Origin: Octopus sinensis
Lineage: Eukaryota
Length of the DNA stretch: 64,000 nt
NCBI RefSeq assembly: GCF_006345805.1
Contig: NC_042999.1
Coordinates: forward strand, 41,850,001-41,914,000
Direction of reading: 5' to 3'
Numbering within the stretch: position 1 is the stretch's first letter; every line of letters begins with the position of its first letter. A program made the translations under genes and the position numbers. This document shows positions 24,252 to 39,500 of this stretch, in pieces. The notes beneath the pieces were generated by a model, which had not been told where the DNA came from, searched no databases, and was given only the letters and a program-made list of their open reading frames with translations.

Positions 24252-24830
24252 GATGCAGTACCAGGCAGTGGATCTCATGGCTTCTCATCTTAACTGACTG
24301 GAAGTGTTATCATGTAATTTTGTTTTTATTTTGGTATGAAAGATGAGCTACAGCAAATATTCTGCTCAATGCCACAGATTTGCTTGTCAGTTGTTTGACC
24401 ATAACCAGTTGAGGATGCCCCTTAATGCCTGACGATATGTGCTTCTCTGATCACGAGCATAAGTAGTGGGGGAACATCCTAGCCATGTGATGAGAAAAAC
24501 TATTTGGGGCTTTGATAATTCACCTGTGGAAACAAGGGTGTTTCGCTCATGTTAAACATCCCTTAAACATCTCCTAAACTTCCCTTAAACATCCCTTATT
24601 CAGGGAACTTTTGAGCGGGATGGGCTACTCGACCTGAAGAAAATTCTAAATGGGCCCCACCTGCAAGGTCATGCACTGATTATCTTGATATGAGATCACG
24701 ATGTTGCGCACATATTGTTGCGATGTATGTGCCTGTTGCACTCTTATCAAACGGGTAGTCATTATGGGTATACTGGGCTTCGCATATTTTAGCCCTGTGT
24801 CACTTTGATAGCATGCACTGTTTTCTCGCA
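24252..24830 (+). mobile_element. Family X repeat, copy 2
   Basis: Colinear with copies 1 and 3; flanked by (ATG)n and (AAC/AAT)n. Confidence 0.8.
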
Positions 24831-24924
24831 GAAGAACAGCAACAACAACAATAACAACAGCAACAGCAACAACAACAACAACAACAACAACAATAACAAT
24901 AATAATAATAATAATGATAACTTG

Positions 24925-25001
24925 AGCTTCTAGCTCGTCTCTTCTGGTTTCTGGGTGAGACTTGGAGTCAACTTGTAGAATTGCAAAGCAAAAGCCAAAC
25001 A
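24925..25001 (+). mobile_element. 3'-terminal stub of Dong-like family A in (AAT)n
   Basis: ctgggtgagacttggagtcaacttgta...aaagcaaaagccaaaca matches 29205-29256. Confidence 0.7.
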
Positions 25002-25082
<81 letters not shown>

Positions 25083-26271
25083 TTCATGTATTTGTCATCA
25101 AGCGAAGGATGAGGGGAACAATACAAAGACACACAGAAACACTTGGGGTTTACACATAATGAAAGGATAAAATGATTATTAGAAAAAAAGGACGTATACA
25201 CAGTATACAATGAAAAGTAAGGACTTATACATAGGTTTAAAGAAAAGGGGAGAGGATGATTGACATATAGCTCTCCAGATACAGAATGACCTTTAGAGAT
25301 AATCCAGGAACCCCGTTGTCCGAAATTTCACTGAACACCAAGCACAAGTGCCCCTCTCCAATTCCTTCTCTCCCACTCATAGGCCCATACTTAGAGAGGT
25401 ATTATCCACTCTTGTCATTTTCGCAACTTTCACCCACCTTCCAATAAACTCATTCGAGGACAGCACTTCCTTCTCCACTCCCAATTTCCTTTTCAAGTGA
25501 AACTTGAAGAAGTCAGTGAGAGCTCTTCCAAAGAGGAATGTATCTGTCCTCATGCCTTTCAGCCCTGTCCACCAAACAACCTCTTTCACCACAGCTACCA
25601 GACAAAGGAAAACTGCCTTGCCTGCCCGACTGGAGGAGGGCGGCGGGGCAATCATCTCTACAGACTCGGACGATAAACGAATCCGTTCTATACGTGACAG
25701 CAACTGTTCGACATAACCCCAAAATCAACAATGCTTGGATACTGAAAGGGTGCGTGCAGAACGGTTTCGTCACTCTACGCGCACCATGGACAAGCCCATC
25801 CATGCCTGTAGAGTTTTCTCGAACGAGTAGAGTCCCCCCGCCACTGTCCCATTGCCAGGCCAAGGACATCTGCAAACTATCCATTATAACTTCGTTTTCG
25901 TCACCACCCAGAATCTGCACAAGAACGTCGTCGCACTTCCCCCGCCACTCATCCTCTATAAATTTCTAAAGCGGAACATATACCGATCTCATTACCCGAT
26001 TTGTATAGCGCTGTGAGCACCTGATGACATTCTAGGTACCAGGTGCTCAGTCTCGGTCTTTTCTCTACCCAAGACTGCAGCTCCACCAAGGAGACGAGGT
26101 GCGGAAAGACGAGCTTCACAAACGAAGCCTATACAAGCTCACCATCCAGAAATCGTTGCAGGTGGCGTAACTTAAGAGCGTGTCTGCGCATTAAGAGCCA
26201 CAACATACCTAATCTGCCATTCAGAGGATGCTGGCAACAGACTCACTGCCTTACCAATGGAACGCTTCCCT
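25083..26271 (-). mobile_element. Older, diverged Tx1-like LINE 3' fragment
   Basis: LSSESVEMIAPPP...KEVVWWTGLKG...DFFKFHLKRK is homologous to the ORF2 C-terminus of copies 1-3; ends at a (TTA)n repeat. Confidence 0.8.
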
Positions 26272-26455
26272 ATGCTGGATCATAGATAAAGCATGCCCAG
26301 CTGACAAGGTAAGCGATAACGGAGAAAGAAAAGTCGGTAGATATGACAGATTGATAAAAATCTTGAGAAGTACATGGGGCAAATAGAGGCTGCAATAAGG
26401 GTGGAACCCTTGCAGAAAACAGCACTAGTTGGAACAACTCAAATACTATGAAAAC
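26272..26455 (+). mobile_element. Decayed RLE C-terminus of another Dong-like element
   Basis: WIIDKACPADK...KVGRYDRL and EPLQKTALVGTTQIL. Confidence 0.6.
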
Positions 26456-26459
26456 TATA

Positions 26460-29256
26460 CTTGATATTGATGCCACCATAGAAACCATCAAACAAAAGGT
26501 ATCTGCCAAAGCTGCCCGCATAGCGAGGTATGAAAAGCGTGTTAGATTTTTCAAGGACAACAACATGTTCAAAAATAACACCAAGAATTTTTACAGGAAG
26601 ATAGGAAAAACAGCGTTTACTGCAGGGTCTGTACCATCAAAAGAAGAAGTGCAGAGATTTTGGAATAAAATCTGGGCAGAAGAAAAACAACACAACGAAA
26701 AGGCCCCCTGGATTGACAGAATATCTACAGAACTGACCCCTTAGAAGAGCAAAAGTGGGAGGGTGTCAAGGTAGAAGATATAAGATCTGCTCTCAGGAGG
26801 TCAAGCAAATGGAAGTCCCCAGGAAAGGATAAAATTCCTAACTTCTGGCTGAATGCCTTCCCAGAGAGCCATGAACTGCTAACAGAACTGTACAATGATG
26901 TTTTGCAACACCCTAGTAGGATGCCTCCTTGGCTAGTTAATGGGTTAACATTCCTGCTTCCAAAAAGTGAAGAAACAAATGAACCAAAAAACTATAGACC
27001 CATAACCTGCTTAACAACTATGTACAAAACACTAACATCTGTCCTGACGGAATATACTTATAGTTTTTTAACAGACAGCAGCATATTCCCTAATGAACAG
27101 AAAGGATGTAAACGTGGATCCTACGGCTGTAAAGACCAACTACTCATCAATAAGATGATCTTAGAAGATTGTCACAAACGACACAAAAACTTATCAATAG
27201 CCTGGATAGACTATAAAAAGGCTTTGATAGCCTACCACATAGCTGGATTAGGAAATGCCTTGAAATGTATAAGATAGCACCAACTCTGCGAAACTTCTTG
27301 ACTGTAAGTATGAGATCATGGAGAACCACACTAACTCTGAACAGTGACAGTGAATCCCTAAATGCTGGTGATGTAAAAATCTCGTGTGGCATTTTCCAGG
27401 GTGACTCACTGTCACCACTCCTCTTTTGTTTATCCTTAATACCTCTCTCAAAGCTGCTCAATGACGCGCAGTACGGGTATAAAATGTTTGATAAAAATAT
27501 AAATCATCTCGTTTACATGGATGATTTAAAGCTTTTTGCAAAAAATGATCAACAACTCAAGGGCTTACTAGCGATAGTCAAAAATTCAGTGACGACATCA
27601 GAATGCAATTCGGCCTCGATAAATGTGCAAAGGCTACCTTTATCAAAGGAAAAATGACAGAAACATCTAACGTTAACCTTGACCAACAGAATGTCATAAA
27701 AGAACTAGACCCAGCAGAGAGCTACAAGTACCTAGGGGTAATTGAAGGGAACGGAATAAGGCATTCAGAGATGAAGGAAAGGATCAGGAGAGAATGCTAT
27801 CGAAGAGTGAGAGCAATACTCAAGACAGAGCTGAATGCAAGAAACAGGATCGAAGCAATCAATGCATTAGCTATACCAGTCGTGACTTACAGTTTCAATA
27901 TTGTTAACTGGTCAATTACTGAAATATGTCAGCTCGACAGAAAAATAAGGAAACTGTTAACAATGCATAGAATGCACCACCCTAAGGCAGATACAGAACG
28001 ACTCTATCTGCCAAGAAAAGAGGGAGGCCGTGGTCTTTTGCAACTGGCAATAACAATGAAGATTGCTACAATTGGCCTAGACACCTACCTGAAAAAGTCT
28101 GAGGACTGGATGTTAAAACTTGTCTCAAAACATGAAAACAAGAAAGCATCATACTCAGTCACAAAACAGGCAAAGGAATATCTAAGTGAATTCCGAATAC
28201 AACCAATTTCGGAATTAGAGATAGATATACAAGAAACAAGCACAGAAAAAGCTAGGCGCATGAAAAACCGTGCCAAAACTGCGGCCTTAGATATTCTGAA
28301 TAATAAATGGCAAGAAAAACCTCTCTATTGCAAATACCCAAAGAGAGCGAATAATGCAGATATCGACAAAGCCCTGACCCATCAATGGCTAATGGCCTCT
28401 GGCTTAAAATCTGAAACAGAGGGGTTTATCATAGCAGCTCAAGATCAATGCCTACCAACAAGAAACTACCAGGCCAACATATTAAAGATCAGAAGCAGTC
28501 CAACGTGTCGTGTATGCAAGCAACAAAATGAAACCATTGACCATGTGGTCTCCAAGTGCAGTCTTCTAGCGCCTACAGAGTATCTCAACAGGCATGATAG
28601 AGCTGCACAATATATTCACTGGGTAATCTGTAAAAACCTGGATTTGCCCCATGAAAAAAACTGGTGGGAACACAAAACCCCCAGTGCTTGAAAATGACCA
28701 CATCTCACTCCTCTGGAACTTCACCATTCAAACTGACAGGAAGATAGATGCAAATAGGCCAGACATCATATTGAAAGACTTCAAACAAAGAACATGCCTC
28801 CTCATTGATATGACTGTCCCAATCGATATAAACGTATCTGTCAAGACCTACCAAAAACTGAGCAAATATAAAGATCTTGAAATAGAAATCAGCAAAATGT
28901 GGAAGTTGAAGACTAAAACAATACCTGTTGTCATAGGTGCCCTGGGAATGATAGCAAAAGGGGCTGATAGCTACCTAACTCAGATACCAGGAAACCCAAA
29001 AATGGCAGCAGAAGTTCAAAAGATAGTGCTCATGGGAACTGCTCATATCCTACGCAAAATACTCTCTTGTAATCTCAAGGTTTAAAAACAACATAATTTT
29101 TTTTTTTTAGACATTCATTAGTACAACATCCCCACCCCCCAAATATATGGCACACTAGGCATAACAACAACATGAACTTCCAACCCTGTTGTCTCTTAAG
29201 GTCTCTGGGTGAGATTTGGAGCCAACTTGTACAAATATAAAGCAAAAGTCAAACAG
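26460..29256 (+). mobile_element. R4/Dong-like LINE family A, 5'-truncated (RT, CCHC, RLE)
   Basis: WKSPGKD, NYRPITCL, WIDYKKA.DS, GIFQGDSLSPLLF, YMDDLKLF, CRVCKQQNETIDHVVSKC, NRPDIIL, LIDMTVP, KLSKYKDL. 3' end runs into (AAT)n; about four single-base frameshifts. Confidence 0.93.
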
Positions 29257-30074
<818 letters not shown>

Positions 30075-30099
30075 AATAATAATAATAATAATAATAATA

Positions 30100-30318
30100 A
30101 GCATTTACTTCAATGCCACCCAATCTGAAAAGAACATCTGAAAACTAGAAATACCCAACAATCTAGGTGTATTCTAAAAGTCGGCGTTACTTGGAACTGC
30201 ACGCATATTGCGTGAAGTACTGTCTGTCTGAAGTCTTTCTTGAGAATTGACAAACAGTACAAACCCCCGGTAGACAATATCTTCAATCAACAACCTCACG
30301 ATACTCGCGACGTCTATA
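30100..30318 (+). mobile_element. Dong-like family D, 3' stub
   Basis: Broken reading ...KSALLGTARILREVLSV followed by a short UTR and TAA repeats. Confidence 0.6.
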
Positions 30319-30334
30319 ATAACAATAATAAAAG

Positions 30335-30552
30335 TATTCAGACAAGTACATAACAAAAACACATATAGAACATACAGAAAACGCGTATATGACATACAGA
30401 AAATAGCACTACAAAGTACTGTACACATCCTACGTAAAACACTTTCAATACAGTGAAAATAAGAGCATCACAACAAACCACAGCACATACCCAAGGCACA
30501 CAGAGCTGCTCTCGGTAGCGAAGTGAAACAACGAGATAAAATTAAGACTACT
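30335..30552 (+). mobile_element. Second, decayed copy of the Dong family B 3' end
   Basis: cacatcctacg...gagcatcacaacaaa..cacagcacatacccaaggcacacagagctgc repeats 29900-30070. Confidence 0.75.
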
Positions 30553-30783
30553 CTTTACTTGTTTCAGTCATTTTCCTGCGGCAATGCTGGAGCACCGCCT
30601 TTAGTCGAGCAAATCGATACCAGGGTTTATTCTTGGTAAGCCTAGTACTTATTCTATCAGTCTCTTTTGCCGAACAGCTAAGTTACAGGGATGTAAACAC
30701 ACCGGCATCGGTTGTCAAGCGATGTTGGGGATACAAACACAGACACACAAACACACAGACACACATACACACACGCACACACA

Positions 30784-30855
<72 letters not shown>

Positions 30856-31020
30856 CGACGGGCTTCTTTCAGTTTCCGTCTGCCAAATGCACTCACACGG
30901 CTTTGGTCGGCTCGAGGCTATAGTAGAAGACACTTGCCCAAGGTGACACGCAGTGGGACTGAAACTGGAACCATGTGATTGGTAATCAATCTACTTACCA
31001 CACAGCCACTCGTGTGCGCC
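30553..31020 (-). mobile_element. Full-length tRNA-derived SINE family B with internal (TA)n(TG)n microsatellite
   Basis: Head gtggctgtgtggtaag...ttccagtttcagtccc, a ccttgggcaagt segment, internal microsatellite, and a cagcattgccgcagg...atgactgaaacaagtaaa tail. Confidence 0.88.
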
Positions 31021-31043
31021 TAAATATAATAATAATAATAATG

Positions 31044-31087
<44 letters not shown>

Positions 31088-31115
31088 CATAATAATACTA
31101 ATAATAATAAATAAA

Positions 31116-31147
<32 letters not shown>

Positions 31148-31149
<2 letters not shown>

Positions 31150-31704
31150 GCCCTGATTGCAGTACCAGGCAATGGCGATCATGGCTTCTGATCTTCGGAA
31201 ACTGATTGGAAGTGTTATATGTAAATTGTTTTGTCTGTTATAAAAGAGGGTACAGCAAATATTCTGCTCAATACCACAGATTTGCTTGTCAGTTGTTTGA
31301 CCTTAACAGTTGAGCATGTACCTTAGTGGCTGGCGATATGTGCATCTTGATCACGAGCAGAAGTAGTGGGGGAGCATCATAGCCATGTGTGAGAGGGATT
31401 CTTTGGGGTTGAATAGTTCACCTCTGGAAACATGGGTGGTTCTTTCAAACATCCTTAAACAACCCTTTTCAGGGACCGTTTGAGCGGGATGGGCTACTCA
31501 ACCTGAAGAAAATTCTAACTGGGCCCCACCTGCAAGGTCATGTGCTGTTTATCTTGATATGAGATCACCATGTCGCGCACATATGGTGGTTGTGATGCAT
31601 GTTGCCTGGGTGTACCCTATCAGACGGTAGTCATGATGGGTATATTGGGCTTTGTATATTTTACCCCAGTGTCACTTGATGGCATGCACTGCTCTTCTCA
31701 CTCA
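31148..31704 (+). mobile_element. Family X repeat, copy 3, inserted in (AAT)n
   Basis: (AAT)n on both sides; ends ...CTCACTCAATAAATAAT. Confidence 0.8.
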
Positions 31705-31725
31705 ATAAATAATAATAATAATGAT

Positions 31726-31771
<46 letters not shown>

Positions 31772-32608
31772 TAATAATAATAAATAATAATGATAATAAT
31801 AATAATAATAACAGCAACAATAACAACAACAGCAACAATGATAATGATAAAAATTATAATGATAAAAGTATAACTACATGCATAATGAATACTAATAATA
31901 AATGATGTGAGAATTTATGTGAAGCTATTTTTATGTTACTGTTAGATAATGACGAGGAGACGTATTATATTGTTTGTGGAATGGTTGTCAGAGCAAAGCA
32001 AAGGTTGCCTATCACAGCAGAACATGCTGTGTTAGACTGTGTTTAGCAACATATAGATAGAACAGACACCATTGTAACAATTGCTGTCGAAAGTGCGAAG
32101 CGATTCAATGAGAGAATAAGGTTAATGTTTGTGCTTGTGACGGCGTAAATATATATATGAATGTATGTATGTTTGATGCATGTAAGTATGTGTGATTGTA
32201 GTATGTATGTATGTTGTATGTGACGGTATATTCTTGTATGTAGGAATGATGTGTGTGTATGTGTGTCTCTGTGTGTGCTTTCACTAGGAAGCATTGTCCT
32301 GAGTATGGCAAGAGCGAAATAGACATATAAATTAATGGAAAGACGGGACGAAAGTGTGAAAGAGTGGTGGGTACAGAGAAATGAAATATGAAGACAATTG
32401 TTAGAATTAACAATGGGCATAAAAAAAAACAAAAACGTTCATAAAGAGATTGGCAAGCAGATAGAGGGAGAGATGAAGATGGAGAGAAAGAGACAGACAG
32501 AGAGAACTGGACAAAGTTTGAGAGAAAGGGAGATGTTTAGGTGACAGTGAGAGAAACAAGCAGGAATTCAGTGTCCAACCATATATACATTTGTGCTTAT
32601 ACAAACCC

Positions 32609-32643
<35 letters not shown>

Positions 32644-33328
32644 ATATACAGTACACATGTCCTCATGCTTGTATGTATACATGTATATATAACATATGTG
32701 TGTGTATGTATGCATGTATGTATGTATGTATGTATATATATAAGTATACGCGTGTTTTATTCATATGAGTAAGGGTATAATGAGAGGTGGAGATAGAAAA
32801 GAAAAGTTCGACACGGTTCATAACAAACACACGGAAACAAAAAATAGTAATAATGAAAAGCAAAATAAATAATATAAACTCTATTCATTTTCTGTTCTTC
32901 TTTATCTTCTCTTGTTTTCGTATTGTATTATTTCATGCTTGTTTGTTGTTGCCATTTTACTCCTTCGGACACTGTTCGGAAATGTATCTGTGATATGACA
33001 GCAGATATATAGAAACAAAAGCAAAAATGACAGAAAAAATACATTGTCAGTTATTTCACACTAGAAATAGATAAATCAACTGTCATTGGTTTTAGAAATG
33101 CCAGTTTATACGGGTTGTTGTTTTCTCTTTTTTTCCCTCCCTTTGTTTGTTCGTTTGGCTCTGTAACGGATAGAACAAAACAAAACAAAAACATTGCTTG
33201 AAGTTAACGGCAAGGAAGGAAAGACAATAATATCATCAACAAGACAAGACATGTTTTAATGCAGAGAAATCTATTAATTTCTTTTGAAACTTTCTTATGT
33301 ATGTGTATGGGTGTTTGTGTGTGAATGA

Positions 33329-33361
<33 letters not shown>

Positions 33362-33402
33362 TGTATGTATGATGTATGTATGTATATATATATATATATA
33401 TG

Positions 33403-33444
<42 letters not shown>

Positions 33445-33742
33445 AAAACGGGAACGTTTACGAATATATATATATAAATATATACACACACACACACACA
33501 GACTATGTATGTATGTATTTATGTATGTATGATTATTAGCTTTTACTTCCTGTGTATGTAACGTTTTGTGAAGGAGGAAGAAGCTGATACGTAACTATGA
33601 TCTCAGTGATTGTATTTTCATTTTCTCATATTGGGATACTTCAGTATCCCTTTTTTTCTTTCTCATATCTTAAATTGCCAAAACCAGTATTGAGGAGTTG
33701 AATGTTTCTATATCTGCTGCTGCTATTGTATATACATATATA

Positions 33743-33905
33743 TATTATATTAAATTAGAGATAAAACCACTATTAGGCAAATCAAATAATGAAAATGTTG
33801 ATATATATTTAAAATAATATAAATTAATTAATTTTATGTATTGGCTTAAGTTTTTCATTGTTTGATTTGCCTAATAGTGGTTTTATCTCTAATTTAATAT
33901 AATAT
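33743..33905. repeat. Inverted repeat, ~52-bp arms
   Basis: tattaaattagagataaaaccactattaggcaaatcaaa versus its reverse complement at 33861-33900. Confidence 0.8.
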
Positions 33906-33989
33906 AATATTTTACTATAAAATTGGATTCAATCCTAAATCTGATTTTTTCCCTGTAAGTTTGGATTTATTCCCTAATATTTTATTATT

Positions 33990-34106
<117 letters not shown>

Positions 34107-34194
34107 TAAATTAAATCGAAATATTAGAAATTTCCATTACCAGTTGCCTAGCGTATAAAATTTTAGTCAATAGACTATATATTATTCATACAAA

Positions 34195-34340
34195 TACAAT
34201 GTACATTTAAACACAAAAGAGGTGTCCATCATAGGACTACGTGCACGGTAGAGAGGACAGTTAGTAGTTTGGAATTTAACTGTCCCCTCTAGCATGTAGG
34301 TAGTCTTATGATGGATACCTTTTTTGTGCTTAAATGTACA

Positions 34341-34344
<4 letters not shown>
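34195..34344. repeat. Imperfect hairpin, ~68-bp arms
   Basis: gtacatttaaacacaaaagaggtgtccatcatagg...ggacagtt versus aactgtcc...cttatgatggataccttttttgtgcttaaatgtac. Confidence 0.75.
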
Positions 34345-34385
<41 letters not shown>

Positions 34386-35033
34386 CTCACGCACACACGT
34401 ATATATGTATATATATACATGCATATATTCATACACACGCATATGTTACTCGTTGCTTTCCACCTTGTTATTGTTCTTATTATGTATGTAGCCCCGCATT
34501 CAGCCTTACTAGTGGAGTTCGATGGCCAAAGAGTTTTCAGTTTTGACCATGTAGTCGAATTTTTTCTTTGACACTCTATGACTATAATTATCAATTGTGT
34601 GCCACTTGAATTTATGTGCGTAGGATATGATAAGAGAGAGTTTTAGTTGCTTTAGACATTTAGCAGATTGATTGAGCAATTACAGATAGACTCTCTCCTC
34701 GCCTCTGTTATTTAATTTATGTAAAGTATTTTGATTTTCATTGTTTATTTCTAGATCACTTTCATCATTCTAAACAGGCATATGGTCGAGACCATTTCAT
34801 TTATGGCCACTTCATTTTTTTTTATTTCGGACAACCGTATCTATCTGGGTACTTTGTTTCGTCTGAAATGCAACAGAGTAATAAACGTGAAAACCAGCTA
34901 CAATTTTCAATAGGTCGACCGACCTAATATAAGGCAATACACGGTCCCATTTTGCATACCATTGTAGACATCACCAACTCTACAATGTCCCTATAATGTA
35001 TTACTCAGGATCATTGTGTGATGTTCTGAGATA

Positions 35034-35433
35034 TCTTTATATATAAAAGTGAGGTTGTGTGCTGTCTGTCTCCTACGATTTAGATTCCTATCTACTCCCA
35101 CATTTTGCGGTGCAGTTTAACCAAAACCGGGTATCTTATAGTCGTGATTCATATCGAGCCCTTCTGGGTATCAGCGCGCGTCTACAATGAGTCTACGATT
35201 TAAAAAAAAATTACCATCACTTTTTCCCATTTTTAATGCATTTTTGGCATATATAAGGGAAGTAACTCTCTAAAAATGTATTATTAAATCTCAGAACGTA
35301 AAAAGCTACAGTAACACCACCACCCCCCTTTGTGGTTAGCCATATTGAGATGGCTATTATACTTTACATCTCTAAAAATGCTTATATAGTTATTTCCCTT
35401 ACAAACCCGAGCAACGCCGGGCGATACTGCTAG
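35034..35433 (+). mobile_element. Non-autonomous Helitron, family 1, copy 1
   Basis: A|TCTTTATATATAAAAG 5' end; CCCGAGCAACGCCGGG hairpin then CTAG|T 3' end; near-identical to 43708-44104. Confidence 0.85.
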
Positions 35434-35839
35434 TTTCTATTAATTTGCTGTTTGATAAGTCATTCGTCTCTTAGAGACAAACATCTTTAAATTAGAGTTA
35501 TTTGGAAACATTAGTGTTTGATTAATTGTTGAATTTAATATTAGAGAGTTATCATTATTTCTTGTATGCAGCAGAATACAGGTGAACATGGGCACTTGTC
35601 ATTGGCATCATGAAATAGCATGATTTCTTGTTTGGACCAATATGAATGTCTCCCTCTATTGGGACATCTTATTTCATTTTGTGTACATTTGCTTCCAATG
35701 TTTGTTTTGTTTTTTTCTTTCTTCCATAATCTATCTTGTATCACACTCTCCTTAATGTTTTGCAAATTGCTTCCCGTCTCAGTATTCGCCTTTGTGATGA
35801 ATAAGTGAATGAAGATTGCTGATTGTGTGTGCGTGTTAT

Positions 35840-35859
<20 letters not shown>

Positions 35860-35870
<11 letters not shown>

Positions 35871-36060
35871 CTATTATATATATTCTTTTTTTCTTTTTCT
35901 TTGTTCCGTTTCTACTTATCTCAGTCATTTGACTACGACCATGCTGGTGTACCGCCTTTAGTCAGACAAATATATGTATGTGTGTATGTATGTATGTATG
36001 TATGTATGTATGTATGTATGTATGTATGTATGCATGCATGCATGTATGTATGTATGTATG

Positions 36061-36136
<76 letters not shown>

Positions 36137-36304
36137 TTTTTTTCTTTTTCTTTGTTCCGTTTCTACTTATCTCAGTCATTTGACTACGACCATGCTGGTG
36201 TACCGCCTTTAGTCAGACAATATATGTATGTTGTGTATGTATGTATGTATGTATGTATGTATGTATGTATGTATGTTGTATGTATGTATGCATGCATGTA
36301 TGTA

Positions 36305-36350
<46 letters not shown>
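35860..36350. repeat. Tandem duplication (~265-bp period) of a SINE-B 3' end plus microsatellites
   Basis: ttgttccgtttctacttatctcagtcatttgactacgaccatgctggtgtaccgcctttagtcagacaa occurs at about 35900 and 36150. Confidence 0.85.
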
Positions 36351-36353
<3 letters not shown>

Positions 36354-36359
<6 letters not shown>

Positions 36360-36491
36360 ATCACCACTCCCACACCCTGGAACTTTGGGTATTTTCGCTC
36401 AAGAAACACTCACAACACCCGGTCTGGGAATCGAAACCGCGATCCTACGACCGCGAGTCCGCTGCCCTAACCACTGGGCCACTGCACCTCC
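36354..36491 (-). mobile_element. tRNA-derived SINE family C, 5' part
   Basis: Reverse complement GGAGGTGCAGTGGCCCAGTGGTTAGGGCAGCGGACTCGCGGTCGTAGGATCGCGGTTTCGATTCCCAGACC with clear A and B boxes. Confidence 0.8.
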
Positions 36492-36555
36492 ACATATCTA
36501 TATATATATTGTGATAGACTAACTGACAGACAGATGGACATATAGATAGATAGAT

Positions 36556-39500
36556 ATGTTTCTTTATTAGCCACACAGGGCTGCACACAGATAGAACAAA
36601 TTACAAGGTAGAGCTTTTTCTTTTGAAGGTTTAAAAAATAAAAAAAATAAAAAATAAAAAAATAAAATAAGAATTTTAAAAAAAATTTAAAAAAAGGGGG
36701 GAGTCGATCAAAAGGGATCGTAAAAGGAGAGAAAGAGGACGAAAAAAAAGGGGGGGTTAAAAAAAAAGGGGGAGAGGAAAAAAATTGATCAATAGGGATC
36801 GTTATCACAGAAATGTCAATATGAAGTGTAAAGGGGAGGACAGGTGACGTTTACCCGTGGAAAGAAAAGCCTACGGAAAAGACCACGGTAACCTCGGTCA
36901 ATGAAGTCACATTTTATATTTCTTTTTTTTTTTTTTTTTTTGCAAATAAGCAACTCTCTGTATTAATTTTTACGGTTCATAGAATCATAGTCAAGGTGGC
37001 TTCGTCATTCATACGTGCCATCCTTGCTACATTCACCCATCTTTTTTTTTAAAACATTCACTAGACAAAACTTGCCTCTCTACTCTCACTTTTTTCTTCA
37101 AGTGATACTTGAAGAAGTTGATGAGAGATTGACCAGAGAGGAAAGTGTTTGTCTCTAATCCTTTCAGACGCGTCCACCAGATACATCCTTTCGCCATGCC
37201 ACAAGTATGATAAAATAGCTTTCCTTCCCGTTTGAAGGAAGGAGGCGTGACGATATTAACGATAGACTCGGCTGATAAACCGACACGTCCCACACGTGAC
37301 AGCAGTCGTTCGACATAAGCCCACAGGTGGGAAATTGCTGGACACTGCACGATTGCGTGCAGAGCGGTTTCGTCGCTCTGCCCGCATCTCGGGCAGGTCG
37401 GCCCCGTGTTTCTCGAGCCATGCCTATAGAGCTTATCCCGAACGGGTAGCGCTTCTCGGTAGCACCGCCAGGCCAGGGATCTCTGGAAGTTGTCCATAGG
37501 TCCCGGGCCGAAAGTCGTTTGAAACAGGCGGGTCAGGTATTCCTCGTCGACGCCCAGGTTTGCCCCGAGCTCGTCGTCGTACCTCCCCTCCACTAATCCC
37601 CTATAGAATGCTTTGGTTGTGTTGAAGTCACTCAAGGTCGACCCGGGACGGCGGCAGAGTTGCTTGAGAGCAACGCGACACTCGCGGTGCCATTCGCCCT
37701 CTTCGGCCTCTTTTTGATCCACGACTGTAGTTCGGTCATGGAGACGAGTTGCGGGAATGCGTGCCTCACAAACGGCGACCACACCTGTTCACCGTCGTCT
37801 ACATAGAGCCGGAGATGTCGCAGTCTCAGCGCGTGTCTGCGCATCATCAACCACGGCATGCCCAGCCCTCCTTTTAACGGGTGTTGACAGCAAATGGATC
37901 GCCTGACCATCGGGACGCATCCTTTCCACAAGAAGCGGAAGAGGATGCGTTCTAGTTTGGTGATGGTAGGGTCGGGACAAGGTACGACGGTCAGGCGGTA
38001 GTAGATGATGGACGCGATGTACGCGTTCACCACCTCCGCCCGACTTTTAGGGACAGTTTTCTCTCGGCCCATTGCTGGGCGAGAGTGACCACCCTACTCG
38101 TTATCTCGTTCCAGTTCTCCATTTGGAGGTCCGGACCGAACCAGACCCGAGCAACTCAACGGGCCGTCTGTCCAGCGTCCCACGACGGAGGTACTGGTGG
38201 ACGGCATGGGCTTGCTTCTCAGGTGCCGAGCCGCAAGCCCACTGACTTTTCCCGGTTGATTTTTCCTCCTGTCACGCTTCGTAGTCTTTCAGTGTCTCGC
38301 CGACCCGCTCGATGTGCTCGTGGCTTGACACTATGACGGTGACGTCGTCCGCGTATGCAGACACGCTCGTCCCGCATCCTAATTCTCGCGGGATGCCCCT
38401 CAGAGTCGCCAGCTTCCGCAGTAGTGGCTCAAGGGTCAATACGTATAGAAGCGCCGAGAGGGGGCATCCCTGACGGACCGAACGTGCAATGTCGAAGGGT
38501 CTCGATAGATGTCCATTTACGCGAATTACCGAGCGGATGCCTCTGTACAAGGCAGCTATCCAGCCGCGGAAGACGGGACCGAAACCAGCCGCTCTCAGGA
38601 CTGCCTCCAAGTATCGATGGTCTACCCTATCAAAGGCTTTCGATTGATCCAAGTTGATCAGGGCCCCACCCATGCCAGGTTCGTTAACTACCCTGTCTAT
38701 GATGTAGCGCATCAGATGGAGGTTGTCATGGATGCTCCGCCCGGCACGGCGCACGTTTGTGCGTTGTCGACCAGTTTCTCCATGACAAGCGCCAACCTCT
38801 TGGCTAACACCTTTGTCAAAATTTTCAGGTCTGCATTGAGCAGAGTGATTGGCCTAAAGTTATCTATAATGTTTCCCTTGTTTGGATCTTTCTTCAGCAG
38901 AGTTACAGCTCCTCGACTCACAAACCGGGTATGCTCCCGTTTTGCTGCCAGTTGCAGTATACCGCTGCCAAGACGTCTCCAAACAAGTCTGGCATACAAT
39001 AGTAAAATTCGTAGGGTAGACCATCCAAACCCGGTGATTGGTCCCTCGAGCATTCTGCCATCGCTTCCTGCACTTCCGCCGCCGTGATGGCACCTTCGCA
39101 GCACCCTGCCTTTCTTGTCGAGAGTCGTGGCAGGCTATGTAGGTAGGCACTGAAGTCTACCCTACGTTCTTGCCCTCCACTCGTCCCGAACAGTCGGGCA
39201 AAATGCTGCTGAAAGGCCTCACCATTTTACTTGGCTCGAGCAATTCGCGCCCTGTTCATCTACCAGTGACCGAATGGTGGCTTTGTTGCCCTGTTGCGCC
39301 TCTGCCACCCGGGCCTCTCTCGCGGCTCCAACACCTTCGTTCCTTAGAGCACGCATCCTAGCTCTGACAGCACATCCTTCGTGTTTGGCGTTGAAGTGTT
39401 GGTCGAGGGCCAACATCGCCGCCAAAACGTCGGATGCGATGCCGCTTCTAATTGCCTCTTCTAGCTTCTTAACTAGCTCACCCTCTACTCTATTTCTATC

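Noticed and set aside
26012-26050. CTGATGA inside a small inverted repeat (gagcacctg...caggtgctc)
   Set aside because: No helix II or GAAA follows; it lies within the antisense strand of the Tx1-like ORF.
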